The position numbers were made by a program, and so were the translations under genes. Shown here one piece after another: positions 18,607 to 27,445 of a DNA stretch of 64,000 bases. The stretch is from an uncultured Actinomycetes bacterium. GTDB taxonomy: Bacteria > Actinomycetota > Acidimicrobiia > IMCC26256 > PALSA-610. The stretch lies in NCBI GenBank assembly GCA_963701825.1, contig CAVPBG010000002.1:1248744-1312743 (forward strand), given 5' to 3'. The notes below the pieces were generated by a model. That model searched no databases, was not told where the DNA came from, and saw only the letters and a list, made by a program, of their open reading frames with translations. How positions within the stretch are numbered: the stretch's first letter is position 1; the number at the start of each line of letters is the position of its first letter.

Positions 18607-19338
18607 GTGCGGCTCATGCCGCAGAACGTTCCCGAGTTCGAGTTTTCCGACCCCGCCAAGCAAGTGCGCGCCTTCGTGTTCGAGTTCTGGTGCGAGAACG
18701 GGCGGGGGCCGACCCTGCTCGAGGTGCACCAGTCGACCGACCTCGACCGGCGCCGCATCATCAGCGCGTACAAAGAGCTGCAGCTCGGTATCGACGTCGT
18801 GGTGAACGAGGACACGCAGAACTGCAACCTGTTGAAGGCGCCGCCGTTCTCGTCGTTCCCTTCGCAGGTCCGGGCGTACATCGACGACAAGTTCCATTCC
18901 TTCGTCGGTTGCGCGAGCGAGGCGGTCGCGTTCTCGCACATGCCGCCGTTCAAGGACAAGACCGTCCGCCTGGAATCGCACTGCGCGTGTTGCTTCACGC
19001 CCGTCACGCTGATCTCGAAGAATTTCGAGTTGCAGTCGGTTACTCCGCCCGGCGTGTTCCTGCACATCTCGTTGCATCCGGACAACTGGAACCATGTCGA
19101 CATGGGCCGCATGTGCGACTCGATGAACTACGTGCTCGACGCGGAGCACGCCGAGCACTACGAGAAGCAGACCGGGACGCGCGGCATCCTCGTGAACCTC
19201 GACCAGGCGAAGATGTTCGTGCAGAACGTCGCGAACGAACGCATGTACAACTTCCACTGGAAGCCGGGAACCTTGAACCCGCGTGCGGTGATCAAGGGCT
19301 TCAAGATGATGGGGGTCGATACGTCTAACTGGGAGTGA
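18607..19338 (+). CDS. MerB-like (alkylmercury lyase family fold) protein, orphan
   Basis: 243 aa; an ATG alternative start exists at 18616. By-eye collinearity with MerB: an N-terminal wHTH-like segment, then FVGCASEAVAF (MerB: YAWCALDTLIF), RLESHCACCFTPVTL (MerB: RVSSHCAATGAPVSL) and MCDSMNYV (MerB: FCCHVHFF). It is visibly less GC-rich and more Lys/Asn/Phe-rich than its neighbours. Confidence 0.55.
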   Translation: MRLMPQNVPEFEFSDPAKQVRAFVFEFWCENGRGPTLLEVHQSTDLDRRRIISAYKELQLGIDVVVNEDTQNCNLLKAPPFSSFPSQVRAYIDDKFHSFVGCASEAVAFSHMPPFKDKTVRLESHCACCFTPVTLISKNFELQSVTPPGVFLHISLHPDNWNHVDMGRMCDSMNYVLDAEHAEHYEKQTGTRGILVNLDQAKMFVQNVANERMYNFHWKPGTLNPRAVIKGFKMMGVDTSNWE

Positions 19339-20686
19339 CCCGGGCCCGCAGCGCGGCCCGATCGGGTTTTCCCGTCGGCAGCAGTGGGAGCGCGTCGACC
19401 ACGACGACGCGTTCGGGGGTCTTGAAGCGGGCGACGCCCCGCTCCACGAACCAGGCCCGGCACGCATCGAGATCGAAGTCGGCGCGGCCCTCGACGAACG
19501 CCACGACCCGCTCGCCCATGAGCGCGTCGGGTTCGCCCACCGCGACCGCGTGCCGGACGTCGGGATGGGCTTCGAGCACCTGCTCCACCTCGGCGGTGCT
19601 GATGTTCTCGCCGCCGCGGATGATCACGTCTTTCAGGCGACCGACGATCTCGATCGCGCCGGCCGCGTCGATCGTGGCGAGGTCGCCGGTGCGGAACCAA
19701 CCGTCGGCGGTGAATGCCTCCGCGGTCTGGGCGGCGTCGAGATAGCCGACGCACACCTCCGGTCCGCGGGCGAGCAGCTCACCGTTGTCGTCGATGCGCA
19801 CCTCGACCTCGCCGATGGTGTGACCGTCGGTGATGATCGTCGGCACCTCCGTCGATCCGTACGTGCGCTTCACGCGCGCGCCCAAGGTGTGCGCCGCTTC
19901 GTCGACGAACTCCTGACCCACTCCCGCGCCACCGCTCGAGATGAGGCGGAGGCTCGCGACGCGCTCGGGCCGAAACGCCGGCGCCTGCATCATCGAGACG
20001 AAGAACGTGGGCGGACCGACCATGAACGTGACCCGTTCGCGTTCGATCAGGGTGAGCGCGGTCTCGGGATCCCAGCGCGCCATGAACACGGTCGGGAACG
20101 GCACGACACCGGGAACCGTGACGCCGTTGAGCAGGCCGGAGATGTGCGCGCCGGGCGCGGGCATGAGCACGCAGTCGTCGACGGTGAGGCCGTGCGCGTG
20201 GTGCATCTGCGCGGCCTTGTAGGCGAGCGTGGCCTGCGTGTGGAGAACGCCTTTCGGCGTGCCGCTCGAGCCGGACGTGAACAGCACGGCGGCCAGGCGC
20301 GCGGCGTCGGTCCACGGTTCGGTGACCGGATCGCCGTCGGGGAGGACGTCGAGGTCGGCGACGACGAACGCGGGCTCGACCGCCGCGAGTACCGCGGCGA
20401 CGTCGGCCGGACCCATCTGATGGTGCACGGGCGCGGCGACGGCACCAAGGCGCCAGCACGCGCGGTACAACACGCCGATCTCGTCGCGGTTCGCCGACTG
20501 CCACGCCACCGCGTCGCCCGGCCCGACCCCGGCCGCCCGTAAGCCTCCCGCCACGCGTGCAACCCGTTCCGCGAGCGCAGGTGCGGCGACGCGCGTCAGG
20601 AGTACGTCGAGCGCGGGGAGGTCCCACGGTCCCCCGGCGCGGCGATAGTGCGCCGCGAGCGGTGAGGTGAACGTGGGGGAGAGCAC
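19325..20686 (-). CDS. AMP-dependent acyl-CoA synthetase/ligase
   Basis: 453 aa. AMP-binding motifs are LFTSGSSGTPKGV, YGSTE and GWFRTGDLA, plus the C-terminal LPTGKPDR. Confidence 0.85.
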   Translation of the reverse strand: MLSPTFTSPLAAHYRRAGGPWDLPALDVLLTRVAAPALAERVARVAGGLRAAGVGPGDAVAWQSANRDEIGVLYRACWRLGAVAAPVHHQMGPADVAAVLAAVEPAFVVADLDVLPDGDPVTEPWTDAARLAAVLFTSGSSGTPKGVLHTQATLAYKAAQMHHAHGLTVDDCVLMPAPGAHISGLLNGVTVPGVVPFPTVFMARWDPETALTLIERERVTFMVGPPTFFVSMMQAPAFRPERVASLRLISSGGAGVGQEFVDEAAHTLGARVKRTYGSTEVPTIITDGHTIGEVEVRIDDNGELLARGPEVCVGYLDAAQTAEAFTADGWFRTGDLATIDAAGAIEIVGRLKDVIIRGGENISTAEVEQVLEAHPDVRHAVAVGEPDALMGERVVAFVEGRADFDLDACRAWFVERGVARFKTPERVVVVDALPLLPTGKPDRAALRARVTPS

Positions 20687-20717
20687 GCGATCTCGGCGTC
20701 CGGTGTGAGCCTGGTAC

Positions 20718-21938
20718 TCAGGCCCGGCGCGACTTCCAGCCGTCGCTGGCCGGAGTTGCGCCCTTCAACACGCTGGTACCGACGAAGTTGCGTTGGATCT
20801 CGACCGTGCCCGCGCCGATGCACAGCCCGCGGATGTCGCGGTACACGCGTTCGACGGGGTACTCACGCGAGAAGCCGTAGCCGCCGAGGAGCTGGATCGC
20901 CTCGTCGCACACGAACTTGGCCGCCAGGTTCGCTGCCGTCTTCGCCATCGCGGTTTCCAGCGCGGGCGGGGTGCCGTGCGCGCCCGCCATGTGCACCGCG
21001 CGTTGCAACAGGAGGCGCGCGCCTTCGAGCTGCGTTGCCATGTCGGCGATCTTCCACTGCAGGCCCTGCAGGTCGGCCAGCGTGCGATCACCGAGCTTGC
21101 GCTCGTTCATGTAACCAATCGCGTATTCGAGCGCGCCCTGCGCGGCGCCGACGCACATCGCCGCGTTGCCGCAGCGTTCGTGGTTGATATGCGAGATGAG
21201 CGTCTTGAACGACTCACTGTTCGCGGGGTCGCCCCAGAGCAGCACGTCGTCGGGCTCGATCCGGACGTCGTCGAACGCGAGCTCGGCTTCGCTCGTGGCG
21301 CGCAGCCCCATCTTCACGTGCGTACCCGCGACCGTGACGCCGGGCGCGGTGAGGTCGACGAGCACCGCGCCGATTCCCTTGGTGCCCACGCTGTCGGGGA
21401 AGCGGCACCACACCAGGCACGCCACGGCTTTGTGCCCACCGGTGACGTAGTTCTTGTACGCGTTGAGCCGGAAGCCGTCGCCGTCGGGCGTGAGCTTGGC
21501 GCGCATGTGCCCGACGGAGCTGCCGGCTTCGGTTTCGCTGATGCCGATGCAGAACAGTCCGTCGCCGCTCGCCGCGATCGGCAGCCAGTGGTCTTTCATC
21601 GTGTCGTTCCCGAGGTGCTCGATCGCACGGGGCGGACCGTTGAAGATGAGCTGGGCGAGGATCGCGCTCGAGACGTCGGCGCGGGCGAGCTCTTCGAGCA
21701 CGATCGCGGCCTCGATGTCGCCGAGACCGGAACCGCCCCAGCGCTCGCCGATCGTGATGCCGAACAGGTCGGCCTTGCGCATGCCGTCCCAGGCCCACTG
21801 CGGGAATTCCTCGGTCTCGTCGCCGTGGCGCGCCATCGGCGCGAGCTCGCGCTCCGCCACTTCCCGCGCGAGTTGCCGCAACGCGGCCTGGTCTTCGGTG
21901 TCGGCGAACGGGTTCGCCCCTTTCGCGTGCGCAGCCAT
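20718..21938 (-). CDS. Acyl-CoA dehydrogenase
   Basis: 406 aa with ACAD motifs (GISETEAGSSVG, GFRLNAYKNYVTGG, QLLGGYGFSREYPVERVYRDIRGLCIGAGTVEIQRN). Confidence 0.9.
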   Translation of the reverse strand: MAAHAKGANPFADTEDQAALRQLAREVAERELAPMARHGDETEEFPQWAWDGMRKADLFGITIGERWGGSGLGDIEAAIVLEELARADVSSAILAQLIFNGPPRAIEHLGNDTMKDHWLPIAASGDGLFCIGISETEAGSSVGHMRAKLTPDGDGFRLNAYKNYVTGGHKAVACLVWCRFPDSVGTKGIGAVLVDLTAPGVTVAGTHVKMGLRATSEAELAFDDVRIEPDDVLLWGDPANSESFKTLISHINHERCGNAAMCVGAAQGALEYAIGYMNERKLGDRTLADLQGLQWKIADMATQLEGARLLLQRAVHMAGAHGTPPALETAMAKTAANLAAKFVCDEAIQLLGGYGFSREYPVERVYRDIRGLCIGAGTVEIQRNFVGTSVLKGATPASDGWKSRRA

Positions 21939-21959
21939 GCCGAAAGGCTACTGCCCGGA

Positions 21960-21975
21960 CTGACGCACACGTCAG
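21960..21975. promoter_or_regulatory. Operator-like palindrome CTGAC-N6-GTCAG (copy 1), 21 nt upstream of the ACAD start
   Basis: ctgacgcacacgtcag read directly. The same half-sites and spacing recur at 22256-22273. Confidence 0.4.
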
Positions 21976-22081
21976 GTCGTGCGCGACCATGGCGACGATG
22001 GAGACCGCCGATCCCGAAGCGATCCCTCGCATCGGCGCGGGTGTGCTCTGCGTCCCGTTCTCGCGGCGTTTCGCGCCGCGC

Positions 22082-22204
22082 TCAGGCGTGCAGGAACATG
22101 TGCATTGCGCCCTGGATGAGGAACAGGACGAGCGCGCCGAGCAACGCGGGCTTCACGACGGTCGCCGGCCCGAGGACCTTCTCGCGCTTCGCTTTCTTGC
22201 CCAC
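22082..22204 (-). CDS. Possible small membrane protein (40 aa)
   Basis: The GTG at 22204 gives VGKKAKREKVLGPATVVKPALLGALVLFLIQGAMHMFLHA, a basic N-terminus followed by one hydrophobic helix. The upstream part of the 82-aa ORF looks non-coding. Weak call. Confidence 0.25.
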   Translation of the reverse strand: MGKKAKREKVLGPATVVKPALLGALVLFLIQGAMHMFLHA

Positions 22205-22255
22205 GCCCCAGAGGATCGGCGCCCTTTCCGGCGACCTTGACCACCACCGCCGGAA

Positions 22256-22273
22256 CCTGACTACGGTGTCAGG
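22256..22273. promoter_or_regulatory. Operator-like palindrome CCTGAC-N6-GTCAGG (copy 2), ending 2 nt before the P450 ATG
   Basis: cctgactacggtgtcagg read directly. It overlaps the would-be RBS region of the P450 gene. Confidence 0.4.
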
Positions 22274-22274
22274 T

Positions 22275-23510
22275 ATGCCCGCGGGAACCCAGGACGAGAC
22301 TGCCGAATCCCAGTACGAGCCGACCGCCACCGAGGAAGAACTCGGGCCCGACCTCGACTGGATGACGGCCCAGCCCTACGGCTTCTGGGCGGATATCCGC
22401 AACGCCGAGTGCCCGGTCGGGAGCATCACCACCGACGTCATGGGGCCGGGCACCTTCTACCAGATCGCGAAGTTCAAAGATGTCGACGCGGTCCTGCGCG
22501 ACGACAAGACGTTCTCGTCGGCGATCAACGCCCAACACATCGGCCAGTTCATGGGCGATCTCATCCTGGCCATGAACGGCGACGAGCACCGCCAGTACCG
22601 CAACCTCGTGGCCAAGGCGTTCCGCGCGTCGCAGTTGGAACGCTGGGACGACACGCTCGTGCGCCCGATCATCAACAACCTGCTCGACGACATCGCGCCG
22701 CTCGGGAAGGCCGACCTCGTCGCGTCCGTCACGTCGAAGTATCCGGTGCAGGTCATCTGCGGCATCGCGGGCGTTCCGATCGAAGACTCCGCGCAGTTCG
22801 CGCAGTGGGCCGAAGAGATCAACACCGGTCCGATGGCGCCCGAACGCGGTCACGCGGCGAGCGCGGCAATGGTCGACTACCTGCGCCCGCTCGTCGAAGC
22901 GCGGCGCGCGGAATCGACCGGCGACTTCCTCTCCGACCTCGTGCATTCCGAGGTCGACGGCGAACGTCTGAACGACGACAAGATCTACGGTTTCCTGCGC
23001 CTGCTCTTGCCGGCCGGGGGCGAGACCACGTTCCGCGTGATGGGCAACGCGTTGCTCGCGCTGTTGACGCACCCCGACGATCTCGCCCGCGTCTACGCCG
23101 ACCGTGACCTCATTCCGGAGGTCATCGAAGAGACGCTGCGCTGGGAAACGTCGGTCACCATGGTGAGCCGCATCGCGACCGCAGCGACGGAGATCTCCGG
23201 CTGCCCGATCGAAAAGGGTTCGCCCATCGGCGTGCTCACCGGTTCGTCGAACCGCGACGAGGACCGCTGGGAAGACGCGGATCAGTGGAAGCTCGGCCGG
23301 CCCGTCCAGCACCACCTCGCGTTCGGTACCGGCCCGCACCAGTGCCTCGGCATGCACCTCGCCCGCCTGGAACTGCGCGTCGGCCTCAACGAGATCCTCG
23401 ATCGGTTGCCCAACCTCCGCCTCGATCCCGCGGGCGCCGCCGACGCGATCATCGAGGGCTACGCCTTCCGCGGCCCCCGCGCCCTCCCCGTACTCTTCGA
23501 ACCGAGCTAA
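22275..23510 (+). CDS. Cytochrome P450 monooxygenase
   Basis: The C-terminal 412 aa of the 905-aa ORF. I-helix AGGETT, ExxR (ETLRWE), and heme-binding loop FGTGPHQCLGMHLAR. ATG at 22275. Confidence 0.92.
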   Translation: MPAGTQDETAESQYEPTATEEELGPDLDWMTAQPYGFWADIRNAECPVGSITTDVMGPGTFYQIAKFKDVDAVLRDDKTFSSAINAQHIGQFMGDLILAMNGDEHRQYRNLVAKAFRASQLERWDDTLVRPIINNLLDDIAPLGKADLVASVTSKYPVQVICGIAGVPIEDSAQFAQWAEEINTGPMAPERGHAASAAMVDYLRPLVEARRAESTGDFLSDLVHSEVDGERLNDDKIYGFLRLLLPAGGETTFRVMGNALLALLTHPDDLARVYADRDLIPEVIEETLRWETSVTMVSRIATAATEISGCPIEKGSPIGVLTGSSNRDEDRWEDADQWKLGRPVQHHLAFGTGPHQCLGMHLARLELRVGLNEILDRLPNLRLDPAGAADAIIEGYAFRGPRALPVLFEPS

Positions 23511-23515
23511 CCCTG

Positions 23516-23566
23516 CGAACTGGCGTGACCTGGGCCCTCTATAGGGGCCCCACTCACGACAGTACG
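23516..23566. repeat. Palindromic intergenic element, copy A (REP-like)
   Basis: cgaactggcgtgac...ctcacgacagtacg lies 6 nt after the P450 stop, between convergent genes. The arms match those of the copies at 34004 and 39238. Confidence 0.6.
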
Positions 23567-23577
23567 AGTGTTTGGGG

Positions 23578-24297
23578 TTAGTGGCCGAACATCATCAGCC
23601 ACTGGTCGCGGGTGCGCGGGCGGTAGACGATGTTGGCCCGGCGCACGTCGCCCATCGGTGCGTTCGCGTCGGGTGAGTACATGTGACCGGGGTAGAGCAG
23701 GGCGTCGTCGGGCACGACCGCGAGCTGGTGCGTGAGGCTGTCGTACAACGCCTCGGGATCGCCGCCCGGGAGATCGGTACGGCCGCAGCCGTCGAGGAAC
23801 AGCGTGTCGCCGCTCACGAGCTTGCCGTCGACGAAGAAGCACTGCGAACCCGGGGTGTGCCCGGGCGTGTGGATGAGCGTGATGGGGATCCCGCCGACCT
23901 GCACGACATCGCCCGACGCGTGCAGCTCGAGGTCGGAGTCGGAACAGCCGGTGACGCGCTTGACGCCGTGGGCTTCCTCGGTCTGCACGTGAATCTTCGC
24001 GCTCACGCCCGGGAGCGCGAGCAGCTCGGCGAGGCCCGCGATCGACCAGCCGCCGAGGTCACCACCGACATGATCCTGGTGGTAGTGCGTCACGAGCACA
24101 CCGGAGAGCTTCATGCCGTCGGCGGCCAACACGTCGACGAGTTCGCCGGGCGCGTACGCAGGGTCGACCGCGACGGCGTCACCGGTCTCGCGGTCGCCGA
24201 TGAGGTAGACGAAGTTGACCATCTGGCGGGCGATCTGATCGTCGGAGGCGAAGTCGCGGCCCGCGAGCAACTGGCGGAAATAGAGGCGGTCTTCCAT
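23578..24297 (-). CDS. MBL-fold metallo-hydrolase (glyoxalase II-like)
   Basis: 239 aa with THYHQDHVGG (HxHxDH), a later HTPGHTPGS, and DGCGRTD. Confidence 0.85.
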   Translation of the reverse strand: MEDRLYFRQLLAGRDFASDDQIARQMVNFVYLIGDRETGDAVAVDPAYAPGELVDVLAADGMKLSGVLVTHYHQDHVGGDLGGWSIAGLAELLALPGVSAKIHVQTEEAHGVKRVTGCSDSDLELHASGDVVQVGGIPITLIHTPGHTPGSQCFFVDGKLVSGDTLFLDGCGRTDLPGGDPEALYDSLTHQLAVVPDDALLYPGHMYSPDANAPMGDVRRANIVYRPRTRDQWLMMFGH

Positions 24298-24353
24298 CGG
24301 GCCTCACCATAACGAGGGCGACTTGGGGCCGGGGGCGAGGGGCCGCGTACGCT

Positions 24354-25136
24354 TTGGGGGTGCGAAGCCCGGCGACGGACATCGAACACGTCCGCCGGGC
24401 CACCCGTCAGGTGCTGCGTTCCATCGACGAACTGACCGACGAGCAGGCGGCCGCGCCCTCCCGGCTTCCGGGCTGGACCCGCGCCGAGGTCGTGACCCAT
24501 CTCGCCCGTAACGCGGACGGGATACGCGCAATGGTCGAGGCCGCGGGTCGGGGCGAGGTCGGGGCGATGTACCGGAGCGCCGATTTCCGGGCCGACGGGA
24601 TCGCGGCGGGCCGCGGGACGAGCCCGGCCGTGCTGCGGGCCGATCTCCGCGGTGCGCACGATCGTCTCATCGACGCGTGGAACGACCTGCCGGACGACGC
24701 CTGGGACCGGCTCGGTCGGGCTTCGGCGCTGCGCACCATGCGGGAGTTCGTATGGGTGCGGCGCCGCGAAGTCGAGGTGCATCACGTCGATCTCGACCTC
24801 GGCTACGAGGCATCCGACTGGCCGGTCTCGTTCGTCGCGGCTGCGCTCGACGAGAGCTTCGCCACGCTGGCGGGCCGCGCCACGTCGGCGCGGCCGCTCG
24901 TCGACATCGACTACCGCGTCGTCACCACCGACCACGACCGCGCTTGGCGGATCGAGCTCCGCGGCCCGCAGGTGAGCGTGCACGACGACGACGGCTCGGC
25001 CGCCGACGGTGAGGCGATCGGTTGGGGGTGCGACGTCACGGCCTGGCTGTACGGCCGCGACCCGCGCGGCGGCGGGATCCTCGCCACCGGCGACCTTGGC
25101 GTGCTCCGCCTGCCGCGCTGGTTCCCGTACGCGTAG
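24354..25136 (+). CDS. Mycothiol-dependent maleylpyruvate isomerase N-terminal (DinB-like, TIGR03083-type) domain protein
   Basis: 260 aa. PGWTRAEVVTHLARNADG and EVEVHHVDL are typical of the MDMPI/DinB_2 family. Confidence 0.75.
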   Translation: MGVRSPATDIEHVRRATRQVLRSIDELTDEQAAAPSRLPGWTRAEVVTHLARNADGIRAMVEAAGRGEVGAMYRSADFRADGIAAGRGTSPAVLRADLRGAHDRLIDAWNDLPDDAWDRLGRASALRTMREFVWVRRREVEVHHVDLDLGYEASDWPVSFVAAALDESFATLAGRATSARPLVDIDYRVVTTDHDRAWRIELRGPQVSVHDDDGSAADGEAIGWGCDVTAWLYGRDPRGGGILATGDLGVLRLPRWFPYA

Positions 25137-25178
25137 CGCCTGGGCGCGCGCGGGCGGGGCGTGGGATCATGACGGGCG

Positions 25179-26433
25179 ATGCCGAACGAAGGTGATCCCG
25201 GCCCGCCGGTGAGTCCGCCCGTGGATCAGCCCGTGGATCAGCCCGTGGATCAGCCCGTGGATCAGGGTGGGCACCCGGACGCGAACGGGCTTCCGGTCGG
25301 CACCCTCACCTTCGTGCTGACCGACATCGAGGGCTCGACCAAGCTCTGGGACGATGACCCCGTTGCCATGGCCGCCGCCCAGCAACAGCACGACGCGTTG
25401 ATCGCCGACGTCGTGGCCGCGCACGGTGGCTCGTTGGTGAAGTCGAAGGGCGAAGGCGATTCCACGTTCTCGGTGTTCCCCGATCCCGCGGCCGCGGTAG
25501 CTGCCGCGGAGGCGATGCGTGACGAGATCGCCGCCGCGTCGTGGCCGACGGCGAGCCCGATCCGGGCGCGTATCGGCGTGCTGACGGGAGTCGCGGAGTT
25601 GCGCGACGGCGACTACTACGGCGCCGCGATCAACCGCGCGGCGCGCGTCCGCAGCCTCGCGGACGGCGGCGAGATCCTGCTCGCCGCATCGACGTACACG
25701 TTGGTCGCCGACTCGTTGCTGCGCAACCGCGTCATCGAGGACCGGGGGGAGCACGAGCTGCGCGGACTGCAACGGCCGGAGCGCGTGTACACGTTGGCCT
25801 TCAGCGCCGCGCCGCAGCCGTCGCCTCCACACGCGGGCGCGAGCCGCCAGGCGCGCGTGCGCATGGTCGCCGGAGTCGGGCTTCTCGTCCTCGCCGCGCT
25901 CGCCGTCGTCGGCGCGGTGCTGGCGCTGCACCGTTCGCCGCGGCACAAGGTCGCGGCGCCCGGGCCGAGCGTGGTCACCTTGCAGGTGCCGGCGAATCTC
26001 GCCGATATCAAGCCCACCGTCGAGATCTCGTCGGTACAGCTGGTCTCGACACCCCAGCTCGTCCGCTACGAGGTCTCCGGAGTGTTCTCGCGCGTGCGCA
26101 TCCCGCCGTACCAGATCCGTGTCCTCGCGAAATCGCCGAAGGCGAGTGGCACGTGGCTCTGGTCGGACCCCGCCCACATCGATGCCGACGGGCGGTGGAC
26201 GGGCGCGCTCGACGTACCCGTCGGTCCCGGCGGCGTGTCGCCGTCGCTGCGAGTCTCGGCGATCGCGATCATGGCCGGCCCGGTCAGCGGAGTGAGTGTG
26301 TCGGGGCCGCCGGGCGCGTCCACGACCGCGGTCACCGTCGCGAATCCTGCGCTCGCGCAGTACGAGCACGAGCTCACGACGCGCGGCCCGACTGCGCCCG
26401 GGGTCGTCGCGGTCAGCGCGGCGCGCGGCGTGA
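25179..26433 (+). CDS. Class III adenylate/guanylate cyclase, N-terminal catalytic domain + TM + extracytoplasmic domain; 3' end unresolved
   Basis: LTFVLTDIEGSTKLWDDD...KSKGEGDSTFSVF...RIGVLTGVAELRDGDYYGAAINRAARV, followed by the TM segment VAGVGLLVLAALAVVGAVLAL. The annotated frame has no stop until 27557, which would run antisense through the whole EamA gene. The end given here is an out-of-frame TGA (26431-26433), so the length is not a multiple of 3. See findings. Confidence 0.7.
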
Positions 26434-26435
26434 AT

Positions 26436-27284
26436 TCAGCCGACGACGATCAACACGAGACCGACGAGCGCGAACACCAGGCCGACGCGCTGCGCCGGGT
26501 GCAGGCGTTCGCCGAGCACGAAGCGGGCGAGGATGACGGTCGCCGCCGGCGCGAGCGCGACGAGCGGGGCAACCACGACCACCAGACCCTGGCGGACCGC
26601 GAGCAGGAGCAGCGTGCTCGCGGTGACGTCGAGCGCACCCGCGCAGAGCGCAAGCCTCCGGTCGGGTCCGGTCGGGAAGGGCAGCGGCACCCGTCGGGTC
26701 GCGACGACACCGAGCGCGATTCCCACGAGCACGAAGGCCGCCGCCCGCGCCGCGAGCACGGGCCAGAGGCCGGATCCGGTCGACGTCTGCAGGTACAACA
26801 CCGTCGACGTTCCGAGGCATACGCCGGCGCTCAGCGACCACGCGATGCCCGACGCCTTCGGTGCTCCCGCGGGCGTGTCGCCGGGTTGACGCGAGATCAA
26901 CGTTCCCGCCACGACCGCGAGTGCGACCCCGACGATGACGGTCGCCGAGGGCCGCTCACCGTTCGCGAGACCCCACGTGACGGGAACGATTGCGCTGACC
27001 ATGGCCGCCAGCGGTGCGACCACGCCCATACGGCCGACCGCGAGCCCCTGATACAGCAGGCCGACCCCGACGATGCTGACCGAACCCGCGAGCGCGCCGA
27101 ACGCGATGTCGTGCACCTGCACGTGCGCGCTGACGAACAGGCAGACCACGATCGCGCCGACCAGGGCGGTGCACTGGGCAGTGAAGAGCACGGTCAGCGT
27201 GGGCGCGCGGCGCGCCGCCCGGCCGCCGAGGAAGTCGCCGGAGCCGAAGCTCGCGGCGACCAGGATGCCGAGCAACACCGCCAT
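26436..27284 (-). CDS. EamA/DMT-family transporter
   Basis: 282 aa, about 10 hydrophobic segments, with a Gly/Ala/Val-rich composition typical of EamA. Confidence 0.8.
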   Translation of the reverse strand: MAVLLGILVAASFGSGDFLGGRAARRAPTLTVLFTAQCTALVGAIVVCLFVSAHVQVHDIAFGALAGSVSIVGVGLLYQGLAVGRMGVVAPLAAMVSAIVPVTWGLANGERPSATVIVGVALAVVAGTLISRQPGDTPAGAPKASGIAWSLSAGVCLGTSTVLYLQTSTGSGLWPVLAARAAAFVLVGIALGVVATRRVPLPFPTGPDRRLALCAGALDVTASTLLLLAVRQGLVVVVAPLVALAPAATVILARFVLGERLHPAQRVGLVFALVGLVLIVVG

Positions 27285-27445
27285 CGGCGCACACTACGGG
27301 GCTGTGTGAAACGCGCCTTTAGCGCGGCTTTTACCTCCGCCGACGAAGCTGGGGTCAGCCCTTCGGACAGCAGGGCGACACGGCAACAGGTAGGACAGCA
27401 ACGATGCGGTAGTTCCCTGAGACCGCGCGGTGGGTGGCCCCGCGG

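Noticed and set aside
18607-19338. Possibility that the MerB-like gene marks a mercury-resistance (mer) operon or a mobile resistance island
   Set aside because: No merR, merA, merT/P, transposase, integrase or flanking repeats are present in the window. It is kept only as an orphan MerB-like gene.
19325-19338. 3'-end overlaps of convergent genes (MerB-like/ligase 14 nt; PPTase/AlkB 29 nt at 52908-52936), considered as possible antisense regulation
   Set aside because: Short convergent overlaps are common in compact high-GC genomes. Nothing in the sequence singles these out.
20793-22274. N-terminal 494 codons of the 905-aa ORF that ends as the P450
   Set aside because: This stretch is antisense to the well-supported ACAD gene (20718-21938) and has junk composition. 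P450 homology begins only after the ATG at 22275.
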